Assembly (NCBI RefSeq): GCF_044704955.1
Contig: NC_091986.1
Location: 41,354,001-41,418,000 of the forward strand
DNA: 64,000 bases
Source: Pristiophorus japonicus
Taxonomy: Eukaryota
Direction: 5' to 3'
Shown one piece after another: positions 48,233 to 60,408 of this stretch; the stretch's first letter is position 1; the number at the start of each line of letters is the position of its first letter. A program made the translations under genes and the position numbers. The notes beneath the pieces are model-generated. The model was not told the origin of the DNA, searched no databases, and worked only from the letters and a program-made list of their open reading frames with translations.

Positions 48233-50049
48233 AATCTATTTGTTTGTGACATAGCACAGTATGAGCATTAGGACCCTGCGGGAGCTATTCACAGTTGCTA
48301 TAAACAAGCTAGTTCAGGCTGGCTTGGAGACACCATTTTGTATAAAGCACACAGTTTAAGTTACTTTTCTCCTGGCTCAGTTTGTCAGTTATTTACGCGA
48401 ATACAACAGGCTCCTCGCCCACTATCTAGTGAGGGGAGTCAGCATACCTCACCCTCCTCCTCGGCCTCTCCCTGCTGTCCAGCCTCTGGACGTTGACGTC
48501 TGCAGACATCTGCAGGCCCCTCTACATGTTGGGCAGCCATGGCTGCTGCTTCCCTTGCCCGCTGCCTGAGGACTTGTTGGTGACAGCAATGCCTCCTCCT
48601 GCATGCCACCCTACCTCTGACAATGTGGAGCAGGCATTCCCCTGCCAACACTGAGCCCATTATGAGTGGAGGTACAACCCTCTGTGTAGCAGAGATTTAC
48701 TCACACCGGCCATGACTAATGAGAGACAGGGAAAACATTTTATCACTCAGCAAAAGTTTTCAGAATCCTGCTGCCGTTTTTGAAATGTTGCACAAAAATC
48801 TCCGATAAATTTTGATGCACAAAAGACCTCTTGGCAAACCAGCTGGCGCTCTCCCACTGCACTGACCCAAAAAGCTGGCGGGGGCACTGTCAGTAAAATG
48901 ACCGTCTTTTTTTAAACTGAAAATGGGTTCGGGGCGGAACTGCAGCGGTGCGCACTTTGATCGCGTCATCACTGCCGCAAGTCTGTCGATCGGGGCAGAG
49001 GTCCACACCACCACAAAACTTCCCGGGCCAAATTTCTGTCACGGCAGCCAGTTGACGGCAAAGCGGCAGCCACGGGATTCCGCCGCATGGCCGCCAGTTG
49101 TGGCGGTAACAGGTTTTACTGACACCTTAAATTTCAGCCCCCTTTAATCATCTTAAACACCTTAATTAGATCACCCCTTAATCTTCTGTACTTGAGGGAA
49201 TACAAGCCTAATCAATGCAACGAGAACAATTTAAGAAATACTTACTGGACCTTTAACCGTTAGCCAGTTAATCATTAATTTCTACAGTGTTATGCTCAAA
49301 TGTATTTTCATATTTTTAGGAAGGTTAGGGTTAATGTGCATTACATACCACGTATCACCCTGAACAGAAACGTTAAACTTACAATTGCTGAACAAGCCTG
49401 TGACTTCATCATGTCAAATATTTTTAAAATTCTGCTGCCATTTCCTCTTATGATCAAAGGTTGCTAATTAAATTTATATTTGGCAGTTAGTCCCTCGTAA
49501 GGCACAGTACTGTAACTCCACGAGAATCTGTTCTTACACTGGCTTAGATAGGCTCTCACACAAACTATACTTTATATCGTTTGGATGTTGCCAACAAACT
49601 GGATGTCTGTGATGGTCCTTGTATCATCCGTTTTCTTATTAATTTCTGTAATCGTTGTCAGTGAGTTATGACGATATGAAAGTGATTTCTCAATTATGTT
49701 GGTGTACAGTGTGACTGTGTTATGAATGAGAGCCCAATAAAGAAAGGTGTCAAATTGTACTACTCGTGTGACAATGATGGATGGTTACCACTTTCATTTC
49801 ATTCCGTTCCGGCTCTTAATTTTATGTCTGTTAATTCCAGTGGGCAAGAGCAACCCCTTGAGGACTGGAGCCATAATGCGGATAAGTTTGATATGATGGC
49901 CATCACAATCAGTATATTTTAACACAAAGAGATTATTTTGTTTGATGTAAGTTTAATTATGATCCCAATAAACTGGTAGCTTAATCCAGTTCCCAGAGAT
50001 GTTAACTTTACAGCATTTCTTTTGAGGCATTTTAAGTGGGGAATTAAGT

Positions 50050-51075
50050 AAAAGAAAGACTGGCATTTATATAGCGCCTTTCATGACCTCCGGACGTCCC
50101 AAAGTGCTTTACAGCCAATGAAGTACTTTTTGAAGTGTTGTAATGTAGGTAATGCGGCAGCTGATTTGCACACATTAAGATTCCACAAACAACATAATGA
50201 CCAGATAATCTGTTTTAGTGATATTAATTCAGGGATACATATTGGCTAGGACACCAGGGATAACTCCCCTGCTCTTCTTTGAAATAGTGCGAAGAGATCT
50301 TTTACATTCATCTAGAGGGGGCAGATAGGGCCTCAGTTTAACGTCTCATCAGAAAGATGGCACCTCTGACAGTGCAGCGCTCCCTCAGTACTCATCATCA
50401 TCACAGGCAGTTCCTCGGAATCGAGGAAGATTTGCTTCCACTCCCAAACTGAGTTCTTTGATGGCTGAACAGTCCGATACAAGAGCCACAGACCCTGTTA
50501 CAGGTGGGACAGACATTCGTCGAGGGAAGGGATCGGTGGGGCAGGTTTGCCGTGCTCTCCTTCCGCTGCCTGCGCTTGGCCTCTTCATGCTCTTTGCGTT
50601 GAGACTCGAAGAGCTCAGCGCCCTCCCGGGTGGATTTTCTCCACCTTGGGCGGTCTGCGGCCAGGTTCTCCCAGGTATCAGTGATGATGTCGCACTTTAC
50701 CAGGGAGGCTTTGAGGGTGTCCTTATAACGTTTCCGCTGTCCTCCTATGGCTTGTTTACCATGAAAGAGCTCCGCATAAAGCATTTGCTTAGGGAGTCTT
50801 GTATCTGGCGTGCGTACTATGTGGCCTGCCCAGCGAAGCTGATCGAGTGTGGTCAGTGCTTCAATACTGGGGATGTTAGCCTGGTCGAGGACACTGATGT
50901 TGGTGCGCCTGTCCTCCCAGGGGATTTGCAGGATCTTGTGGAGACATCGTTGGTGATATATCCCTCAGTACTGCACTGGAAGTGTCAGCCTGGATTTAGT
51001 TCTGAAGTCTCTGGAGTGAGACTTGGACCCACAACCTTCTGAATCAGAGGCAAAACTGCTACCCACTGAGCCATT
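50050..51075 (-). mobile_element. tRNA-headed Deu-domain SINE (SacSINE1-like) with L2-like tail, split by an RTE
   Basis: tRNA-like head TGGCTCAGTGGGTAG..GGTCCAAG on the minus strand at 51075-51020, Deu core GAGGTGCCATCTTTCTGATGAGACGTTAAAC, and an L2-like tail at 50050. Confidence 0.75.
50393..50960 (-). mobile_element. RTE LINE 3' fragment
   Basis: 12-bp TSD TCCCTCAGTACT, the motif GGQRKRYKDTLK with a C-terminal Cys/His motif, and a (CAT)n tail. Confidence 0.92.
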
Positions 51076-51184
51076 TTGGCAAATTATATATCTCAGGAGA
51101 CACATAGTGATCCACTACTTGCTCAGGTAGGGAACTATAAATGGATGACCAACTATTTGTAAAATGAAAACTGTAGTTCTTTTT

Positions 51185-53600
51185 ACATAAGGACATAAGG
51201 ACATAAGGACCAGGAGTAGGCCATCTAGCACCTCGAGCCTGCTCCGCCATTCAACAAGATCATGGCTGATCTGGCCGTGAACTCAGCTCCACTTACCCGC
51301 CCGCTCCCCATAACCCTCAATTCCCTTATTGGTTAAAAATTTATCTATCTGTGACTTGAATACATTCAATGAGCTAGCCTCAACTGCTTCCTTGGGCAGA
51401 GAATTCCACAGATTCACAACCCTCTGGGAGAAGAAATTCCTTCTCAACTCGGTTTTAAATTGGCTCCCCCGTATTTTGAGGCTGTGCCCCCTAGTTCTAG
51501 TCTCCCCGACCAGTGGAAACAACCTCTCTGGCTCTATCTTGTCTATCCCTTTCATTATTTTAAATGTTTCTATAAGATCACCCCTCATCCTTCTGAACTC
51601 CAACAAGTAAAGAAGACCCAGTCTACTCAATCTATCATCATAAGGTAACCCCCTCATCTCCGGAATCAGCCTAGTGAATCGTCTCTGTACCCCCTCTAAA
51701 GCTAGTATATCCTTCCTTCAGTAAGGTAACCAAAACTGCACGCAGTACTCCAGGTGCGGCCTCACCAATACCCTGTACAGTTGCAGAAGGACCTCCCTGC
51801 TTTTGTACTCCATCCCTCTCGCAATGAAGGCCAACATTCCATTCGCCTTCCTGATTACCTGCTGCACCTGCAAACTAACTTTTTGGGATTCATGCACAAG
51901 GACCCCCAGGTCCCTCTGCACCGCAGCATGTTGTAATTTCTCCCCATTCAAATAATATTCCCTTTTACTGTTTTTTTTCCCAAGGTGGATGACCTCACAC
52001 TTTCCGACATTGTATTCCATCTGCCAAACCTTAGCCCATTCGCTTAACCTATCTAAATCTCTTTGCAGCCTCTCTGTGTCCTCTACACAATCCGCTTTCC
52101 CACTAATCTTTGTGTCATCTGCAAATTTTGTTACACTACACTCTGTCCCCTCTTCCAGGTCATCTATGTATATTGTAAACAGTTGTGGTCCCAGCACCGA
52201 TCCCTGTGGCACACCACTAACCACCGATTTCCAACCCGAAAAGGATCCATTTATCCTGCTTTCTGTTAGCCAGCCAATTCTCTATCCATGCTAATACATT
52301 TCCACTGACTCCGCGTACCTTTATCTTCTGCAGTAACCTTTTGTGTGGCACCTTATCGAATGCCTTTTGAAAATCTAAATACACCACATCCATCGGTATA
52401 CCTCTATCCACCATGCTCGTTATATCCTCAAAGAATTCCAGTAAATTAGTTAAACATGATTTCCCCTTCATGAATCCATGCTGCGTCTGTTTGATTGCAC
52501 TATTCCTATCTAGATGTTCTGCTATTTCTTCCTTAATGATAGTTTCAAGCATTTTCCCCACGACAGATGTTAAACTAACCGGCCTATAGTTACCTGCCTT
52601 TTGTCTGCCCCCTTTTTTAAACAGAGGCGTTACATTAGCTGCTCTCCAATCCGCTGGTACCTCCCCAGAGTCCAGAGAATGTTGGTAGATTATAACGAAT
52701 GCATCTGCTATAACTTCCGCCATCTCTTTTAATACCCTGGGATGCATTTCATCAGGACCAGGGGACTTGTCTACCTTGAGTCCCATTAGCCTGTCCAGCA
52801 CTACCCCCCTAGTGATAGTGATTGTCTCAAGGTCCTCCCTTCCCACATTCCTGTGACCAGCAATTTCTGGCATGGTTTCTGTGTCTTCCACTGTGAAGAC
52901 TGAAGCAAAATAATTGTTTACGGTCTCAGCCATTTCCACATTTCCCATTATTAAATCCCCCTTCTCATCTTCTAAGGAAGGGACCAACATTTACTTTAGT
53001 CACTCTTTTCCATTTTATATATCTGTAAAAGCTTTTACTATCCGCTTTTATGTTTTGCGCAAGTTTACCTTCGTAATCTATCTTTCCTTTCTTTATTGCT
53101 TTCTTAGTCATTCTTTGCTGTCGTTTAAAATTTTCCCAATCTTCTATTTTCCCACTAACCTTGGCCACCTTATACGCATTGGTTTTTAATTTGATACTCT
53201 CCTTTATTTCCTTGGTTATCCACGGCTGGTTATCCCTTCTCTTACTGCCCTTCTTTTTCACTGGAATATATTTTTGTTGAGCACTATGAAAGAGCTCCTT
53301 AAAAGTCCTCCACTGTTCCTCAATTGTGCCACCATTTAGTCTGTGTTTCCAGTCTACTTTAGCCAACTCTGCCCTCATCCCACTGTAGTCCCCTTTGTTT
53401 AAGCATAGTACGCTCGTTTGAGACACTATTTCCTCACCCTCAATCTGTATTACAAATTCAACCATACTGTGATCACTCATTCCGAGAGGATCTTTTACTA
53501 GATCGTTTATTATTCCTGTCTCATTACACAGGACCAGATCGAAGATAGCTTGCTCCCTTGTAGGTTCTGTAACATACTGTTCTAAGAAACAATCCCGTAT
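51185..53600 (-). mobile_element. 5'-truncated CR1 LINE of another subfamily
   Basis: ORF2 pieces at 53480-51283 with frameshifts and a (CATAAGGA)3 tail. Confidence 0.93.
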
Positions 53601-53829
53601 ACAGAGAACCCAATTGTAAGCAGGAAGGGTGTATGTTTATGTCTGTTGGAGACTAAGAATGGTAAAACCAAATATACAGTGCCAAAGAATGAGATCTTCA
53701 AGAGAAAAACCTTGGAATGTTCCAAAGGGATTGGCCAGAAGCTACCTCTGATGGCCTGACTTGTTGAGGACTTTAGGAAATTGTGCAGAATTGTGGGGTC
53801 TGCAGGGCGGTAAGGAATGTAGCACTTTT

Positions 53830-54165
53830 GCATCCCTCCATGGCTTCACCCCTCCCTATCTCTGTAACCTCCTCCAGCCCCCACAATCAGTGTTCCCTTT
53901 AAGCTGCATGGCCGTGCAGCACTTTGGAGATCCCGCGCTGCCGGTGTGACGGCTTTTCAATTGAAAAAAACACGCATGTGTAGAAGGACCGCGCTGCCCA
54001 AAAGAAAGTTACATTGCTATTGGTAGGAGCTTGCTGTGCACAAATTGTCTGCCTTGTTTCCTACATTACAGCAGTGACTACACTTCATGAACTACTTTAT
54101 TGGCTGTAAAGTACTTTGGGACATCCTGAGGTTGTGAAAGGTGCTCTATAAATGCAGGTCTTTTT
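53830..54165 (+). mobile_element. L2/SINE 3' fragments with a hAT-like MITE at 53888-54016
   Basis: LHGFTPPYLCNLLQP remnant, CAGTGTTCCC..GTTACATTG ends and a CTATAAATGCAGGTCTTT tail. Confidence 0.6.
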
Positions 54166-55319
54166 ACCAGAGGAACTGGGCACTGGATAATGGCTCAGTG
54201 TTCACTGGTGCAGAATTTGCTACCTTTATGGACTGGAATTAAGCATACCCTGGTTTCCCCTCCCCTACTGCATTACGTTGTCTCAAATGTATCTGCAGAA
54301 AGGTTTATGTAGAGATGTAAATAAGTGCACCTTAAGGAAATACCAAATTCTGACCAGACGAAAACACATTTTTTATGCAACGTTCCTGCCAATGTTTCTG
54401 CCGACTTACAGAACCACCTGCTCTCCCACTGAACTGTTTTGTAAAGTGCTAGGTTAGCACACTTACAGCCGACTTGACCAGTGTTCGTGGAAGCAACGCT
54501 GAATATGACACGTTTCAAGGGAATTGGATATATAAAGGAAACGGTTGCAGGGCTATGGGGAAAGAGCAGGGAGGGGGCCAAATTGGATAGCTCTTTCAAA
54601 GAACTCTCAGTGCACGATGAGCCGAATGGCCTCATTCTGTCCTGTATGATTCGAGGTTTAACTGAACCAAAAGAGACATTTCCTTAAGTATGACGTGTGT
54701 AAACTGGTGATTCTGTATCCGTTTTCCAGCTGTTCAATCTAATCTCGCCCATCAGTCATATTGCAACTGAAATATTCCTGCACCACCTCCAACCTCACAC
54801 AATTCCCAACTTCTGTAGTTAGTGAAGATCAGGCATATTTTTCAGCTCCAAGTCTTATACCAAATATTTTGTTATCAGCCTCCGCTTTCTATTTTTGGCT
54901 CCTCGCCCCACTCTTGTCAGTCTATGGATCTGAGCAAAGGAGAAAGCAAGTAACAGGCTGACCCAGATCTTTAGATGTATCCCTTTGATTCTACTTTTTT
55001 GTCGTTTTAAAACAAGTTCCCGCTGCCCACCTGATCTTCAACTACTTATGTCCAGGTGTCCAGGTAGTAAGATGAGCTTTAGATCATGCTCCGAGTGTAG
55101 TTTCCGGAAGACGACAGACGCTGTCAAAGTGGAATTCGGAATTTGCTGTTGAGGCGGAGGTTAGTAATAACCGATTAGTCTCTGGTAAAACAAGTGTTTG
55201 ATTTTAAGTGTTAATAATTCGTCAACATTGACGTTCTGTATGTGTTAACTACCTATCCAAAAAAAGATTGATGTCTTTATTTGCTTTTGTTTACTAATCA
55301 AGTGAGGAGCATCCTAGAG

Positions 55320-56060
55320 GCCAAGGACAACCAAGGCTGCTCTTCTCCGTGACTTACTTCTTCCTCAAAGCCATTTCTCCCACCGTTTCCACCCTTATTT
55401 CCAATACAAAAGATGAATACCTCATGGAGTTCTTCATCTCCAAGATTGAGGTCATCCCTACAGCTTGCTCTGCCACTACCTTCCCACCCTTTTCTCTTGC
55501 TCCCAACCTCCCCATTCTCCTGTCCATTCTAACCCTGATCGGTAAGTTTGAGCTCATCCAAAACTCTGCTGCCTGTATCCTAACTCGCATCAAGTCCCAT
55601 TCACTCCACTCATTGACCAACTTTGGCTCCTAGTCCATCGACACCTCAATTAAAAAAATTCATCCTTGTTTTCAAATTGACATTGTTAATGACTCTTTTT
55701 CTTCATGCATTGTCCCTCTCCTTTTCACAACCATTATCATTGCCCCTTCCTCAAAAGTCACCGTTGATCCATCTGTCTTTTCTAACTACTATCCAATCTC
55801 CAACATCTCTTTCCCCTCTAGTCTCTTTCAACATGTTGTTGCCTCCCAGCTCCATTAGCATCTTTCCCAAACCTGACTCGATTCCCTCCAGTCTGGCTTC
55901 AGGATTCTTCTCACTGCACTGGAAAAGTCATGAATTACATCTTTGATCCATTTCCTCTTCCAATATCTGCATATTGCCCATTGGCAACACCATCCTCTAG
56001 CGTGGGATCAACTGCCATATGTATGCTAAAGACAGCCAACTGTAACTCTCCATTGTTCCT
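55320..56060 (+). mobile_element. Highly degraded L2 ORF2 fragments
   Basis: Remnants EFFISKIE, ELIQNSAACILTR and QSGFR. Confidence 0.6.
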
Positions 56061-56446
56061 CTCAATTTCACGACCACCTCAGATTGCCTATAGATCCACA
56101 GAGGTTTATAATACCGAAAGATGTCATTTAGGCTTTTGCTAGAGCAATGCAAAACTAATCCCACTGCTCCGTTCACTCCCATAGCCTTAAATCTTTTCCT
56201 TCTTCAAATATTTATCAAAGTATTCCATGTTCCAAAAGCCCTCAGTGTAAAGAAATTTCTCCTAACCTCTCTCCGCACTGTTAGTGACAATTTTACATTC
56301 AAAGACTCCTTATCATTGACTTCCCAGCCAGAAGAAATAGTCTTTCCCTGTTCATGTTATCAAAACTTTTCATTATTTTAAAATCTCTATTAAATTTCTT
56401 CTTAATCTTCTCTGCTGCAGTGGAAATTGTCCTAATACCTCATGTG

Positions 56447-57935
56447 TCATAGAAACATAGAAAATAGGTGCAGGAGCAGGCCATTCGGCCCTTCGAGCCT
56501 GCACTGCCATTCAGTATGATCATGGCCGATCATTCAATCTCAGTACCCCACCTCAGCCTTCTCTCCATACCCCCTGATCCCTTTAGCCAAAAGGGCCACA
56601 TCTAACTCCCTTTTGAATATGTCCAACAAACTGGACTCCACAAGTTCACAACTCTCTGGGTGGAAAAGTTTCTCCTCATCTCGGTCCTATATGGCTTACC
56701 CCTTATCCTTAGACTGTGTCCCCTGGTTCTGGACTTCCCCAACATCGGAAACATTCTTCCTCATCTAACCTGTCCAGTCCCGTCAGAATTTTATATGTTT
56801 CTAAGATGATTCCCTCTCATTCTTCTAAATTCCAGTGAGTATAAGCCTAGCCGATCCAGTCTTTCCTCATATGTCAGTCCTGCCATCCTGAGAATCAGTC
56901 TGGTGAACCTTCGCTGCACTCCCTCAATAGCAAGCACATCCTTCCTCAGATTAGGAAACCAAAACTGCACACAATACTCAAGGTGTGGTCTCACCAAGGC
57001 CCTGTACAACTCCAGTAAGACCTCCCTGCTCCTATACTCAAATCCCCTCGCTATGAAGGCCAGCATGCCATTTGCTTTCTTTACTGCCTGCTCTACCTGC
57101 ATGCCTACCTTCAATGACTGATGTACCATGATACCCAGGTCTCATTGCACCTCCCCTTTTACTAATCTGTCACCATTCAGATAATAATCTGCCTTCCTGT
57201 TTTTGCCACCAAAGTGGATAACCTCACATTTATCCACATTATACTGCATCTAACATGCATTTGCCCATTCACCTAACCTGTCCAAGTCCCCCTGCAGCCT
57301 CTTAGCATCATCCTCGCAGCTCGCACTCCCACCCAGCTTAGTGTCATCTGCAAACTTGGAAATATTACATTCAATTCCTTTGTCTAAATTATTAATGTCA
57401 TCATCATCATAGGCAGTCCCTCGGAATCGAGGAAGACTTGCTTCCACTCCCAAAGTGAGTTCTCTGGTGGCTGAACAGTCCAATACAAGAGCCACAGGTG
57501 GGACAGACATTTGTCGAGGAAAGGGGTGGATGGGGCTGGTTTGCCGCGCGCTCCTCATGCTGTCTGCGCTTGACCTCTTCACGCTCTTTGCGTTGAGACT
57601 CGAAGATGCACCTCGGGCGGTCTTCGGCCAGGGTCTCCCAGGTGTCACTTTACCAGGAAGGCTTTGAGGGTGTCCTTGTAACGCTTCCGCTGCCCACCTT
57701 TCGCTTGTTTACCATGAAGGAGCTCCGCATAAGGGAGTCTCGTATCTGGCATGCGAATTATGTGGCCTGCCCAGCGAAGCTGATCGAGTGTGGTCAGTGC
57801 TTCGATACTGGGGATGTATATTCATTAATCATTAATGTATATTGTAAATAGCTGGGGTCCCAGCACTGAACCCTGCGGCATCCCACTAGTAACTGCCTGC
57901 CCACTCTTTGCTTCCTGTCTGCCAACCATTTCTCT
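56447..57935 (-). mobile_element. CR1 3' portion with a nested RTE fragment at 57399-57816
   Basis: FADDTKL and [13 protein letters not shown] motifs. The RTE piece is flanked by an ATTAATGT duplication. Confidence 0.88.
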
Positions 57936-58484
57936 ATCTCCTCAGTACTATATTTTCCCATCCCTGGTATCACCCTGATGAATCTATACTCTCTATGGCT
58001 TTAATGTCCTTTCTATAAAGGAGCATCCAAAACTTTACATAATACTCTTAAGCCTAGTCTAGCCAGTCTTTTGTACAAATTGATCACCATTGTTTTACTG
58101 TTACTCTTATGCCCCTATTTATAAAGAAAAAGAACTTGCATTTATATAGTGCCGTTCACATCCTCAGGACATCCCAAAGTTCTTCACAACCAATGATGTA
58201 CTTTTGGAGTGTAGTCACTGCTGTAATTTGGGCAGCCAATTGTGCACAGCAAGATCCCATAAACAACAATGGCTTAAATGATCAGATAAATGAGGTGAAT
58301 TTCCATTGGCTCCCAATCACCCATCATCATTTTGGATGAAGAGCCACAGAAACCCCAGAAATAATGATTTGCGGTGTACGAACTGATGGGTTTTGTTGAA
58401 GGAAAACATTCTAATAATTAATTCCATTGCCATCTGAATATCCTAATCAACAGACTTCAACCCCTGTGTTTTTTCTTGTTGCAG

Positions 58485-58524
58485 GAAGAAGACAGTTTGT
58501 GTACAAAATTGAAGTACAGTAACA
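58485..58524 (+). CDS. Possible small upstream exon of the deaminase gene (EEDSLCTKLKY..)
   Basis: Strong acceptor TTTTTTCTTGTTGCAG|. The donor is uncertain; several weak phase-1 GT sites are compatible with the next exon. Confidence 0.3.
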
Positions 58525-58646
58525 GTAATTCCATAAGTGGTCGAGGACCATTGCTGTTCAGGCTGCTATTGCCCCACCTCCTGAATTCATTATAAATTGG
58601 ATATAGTCAATGATTTTGTTGAACTAGCTCTTCCTATCCTTCCTAG

Positions 58647-59248
58647 AAACAACCTTAAAGTCTGTAGATTTAATTACTGAAGGCAAAATGCCTTTGTACT
58701 TGAGACAACAAGTGGCTAAAAGTATCTTCTATGAGGGATTTGATACTAATACAAAACCACACTTCACTTTACTTTGCTTCCTACTGAAGCAAAACAACAA
58801 CATATTATTTGACCTGTGGGGCTACGCTATGAATAATCTAAAGGGAAACCATGCAGAAGAATTAGTCATAAATAAAATGGAAAACTATTTAGTGGAAAAT
58901 ATTTCTCCCAATACAGAAAAATACACGGTTACCTATTATCTTTCTTATAACCCTTGTGATCACTGCTGTTGCCGTATAATAGATTTCCATGAAAAATTCA
59001 AGAACAAAATTAACATGAGCATAAAGGTGTCAAGAAAATACTATCTTCAAGATCGCAATGTCCAGCATTCCCTGGGGGATCTTTCGAAGAGAGATATTTC
59101 CATTAAGGTGATGGATGGAAAGGATTTTGCCGAGTGCTATTATTTGTTTGTGGAGGATGGTCACACAGCAGCCTTCGAACCATGGCATGATTTGGATGAA
59201 TATTATGAGTGCTTCTCAAAAGAACTGGCGAATCTCTTGGACCTTCCG
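58647..59248 (+). CDS. AID/APOBEC-family zinc-dependent cytidine deaminase, catalytic exon (NAD1-like/APOBEC1-like)
   Basis: Uninterrupted frame with TLLCF (beta1), WGYAMN, NHAEE (HxE), VTYYLSYNPCDHC (PCxxC), SRKYY (loop 7), IKVMDGKDFAECYYLFV and FEPW. Acceptor TTCCTATCCTTCCTAG| at 58646, in-frame ATG at 58688, and likely donor CCG|GTACAT at 59248. Confidence 0.9.
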
Positions 59249-59407
59249 GTACATGTAAAACATTACATATTATATAGAATAGCTGTGTATATGAGTCATG
59301 AAAGGCAAGCAAGTGGGGATGGAGTAGACAGAGAAAGGTGGGGGGTGGGGGGCGTGTTGGAGAGGTAACTGTTGGAAACACAAAGAAATGAGGAAAGGCA
59401 AGAGTGT

Positions 59408-59635
59408 AGGAAACAACAACTTACATTTATATAGCACCTTTAACATAGTAAAATGTCCAGAGGCACTTCACAGACGCGTTATCAGACAGACATTTGACAC
59501 CAAGCCATATAAGGAGATATTAGGACAGGTGACCAAAAGCTCGGTCAAAGAGGTAGGTTTTAAGGAGCAACATAAAAGAGGAGGTAGAGGCAGAGAGATT
59601 TAGGAAGGGAAATCCAGAGCTTGGGCCCTAGACAA
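59408..59635 (-). mobile_element. L2 3' end
   Basis: AACAACAACTTACATTTATATAGCACC..GGTCAAAGAGGTAGGTTTTAAGGAG. Confidence 0.75.
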
Positions 59636-59999
59636 AAGGTGTGAGTGTATGGTGAGAGGAAAGGATTAATAGGAGGGAAAGAGGGACTAAAAGGGTGGGT
59701 AGGTAGGGTGGGTTGAGTTATTGATAAAAGCCTAAATCCAGAATCTATCAGGTTGTTATAACAAGGTGATCACAAATTCTGCTTGGATCATGTTTCAAAC
59801 ATTGTACTGCTTTCTTATGGGCCTACATAAGATTTGATTGCTTTTGGGTTAATGTATGACTTTTGTTTTCTCATCTGTTCAAAATCCCAAATTGTGCAGA
59901 ATAGACCTTCTGAATTAACCAATTAAATCAGATGGCTGCAAAATTGAAAGCATTTGAAAAAAGTCACATAAACCTTTTCTTGTTCTCTAATTTGCTCAG

Positions 60000-60048
60000 A
60001 GTGAAGAAACGGAAGCTGATGGTGAAGTCCGAAATAGAGTGAACTCAG
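60000..60048 (+). CDS. Putative downstream exon of the deaminase gene (SEETEADGEVRNRVNS)
   Basis: Polypyrimidine acceptor CTTTTCTTGTTCTCTAATTTGCTCAG| and donor CAG|GTGAGA. Open in phase 0, matching the 59248 donor. Confidence 0.55.
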
Positions 60049-60408
60049 GTGAGAAGATTGCTTATATCACTCAGTAACCTTGTGATAACACAAAGCTACA
60101 CCTATCAGAACTTTTACTCAAAAATATTTTCAATATAGGCATTTCAAATTAATATATTTTTTCTTCAATTATAACATTATTTTTTCCTCTCTTGCCCACC
60201 TGGCCATTCTTACACCCACTAGCATCATTCCCAACTAGACAACACTCTTCAGTTTCTGCCAATGTTGCTCTTGCTCTTGTCTCGAAGGTTTTCTTGTGGA
60301 CCTCCACATAGGATGGCCATGGCCATTCATAATATAATTAGAGTCCTAAACCTAGAAAATTCTAGCACGGGGGGTGGGAGGGAGAAGAATGGAATTAATA
60401 CTTTTGAA

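Larger units (their letters stand above)
35451..48408 (+). mobile_element. Ty3/Gypsy LTR retrotransposon D (distinct family), degraded
   Basis: LTRs at 35451-35646 and 47553-48408 (the latter MITE-interrupted), TSD GGCTC, PBS TGGCGACAAGGATG and PPT AAAAAGGGGGGAAA. Remnants of gag, CCHC knuckles (43211-43325), protease IDLGA, RT LLDD, RNase H TDAS and integrase TDNGPQF. Confidence 0.93.
20044..49141. mobile_element. Internally deleted PIF/Harbinger element hosting a 27-kb nested insertion cluster
   Basis: TIRs GGGGCCAAAATTCAG / rc GGGGCTGAAATTTAAG with a 3-bp TSD CTT/CTT. Its own sequence lies at 20044-20528, 34993-35450 and 48409-49141. Confidence 0.8.

Noticed and set aside
20529-48408. Endogenous retrovirus or env-bearing element
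   Set aside because: The elements are about 4.5-4.8 kb once nested inserts are removed, have short LTRs and Mag-type gag-pol, and leave no room for an env ORF.
20529-48408. APOBEC-type G-to-A hypermutation of the retroelements near the deaminase
   Set aside because: The substitutions inspected by eye include both C-to-T and G-to-A and fit CpG decay. Strand-biased editing cannot be shown without consensus alignments.
59249-59368. C-terminal extension of the 226-aa deaminase ORF
   Set aside because: It runs past a likely splice donor into AT-rich and then G-rich intron-like sequence.
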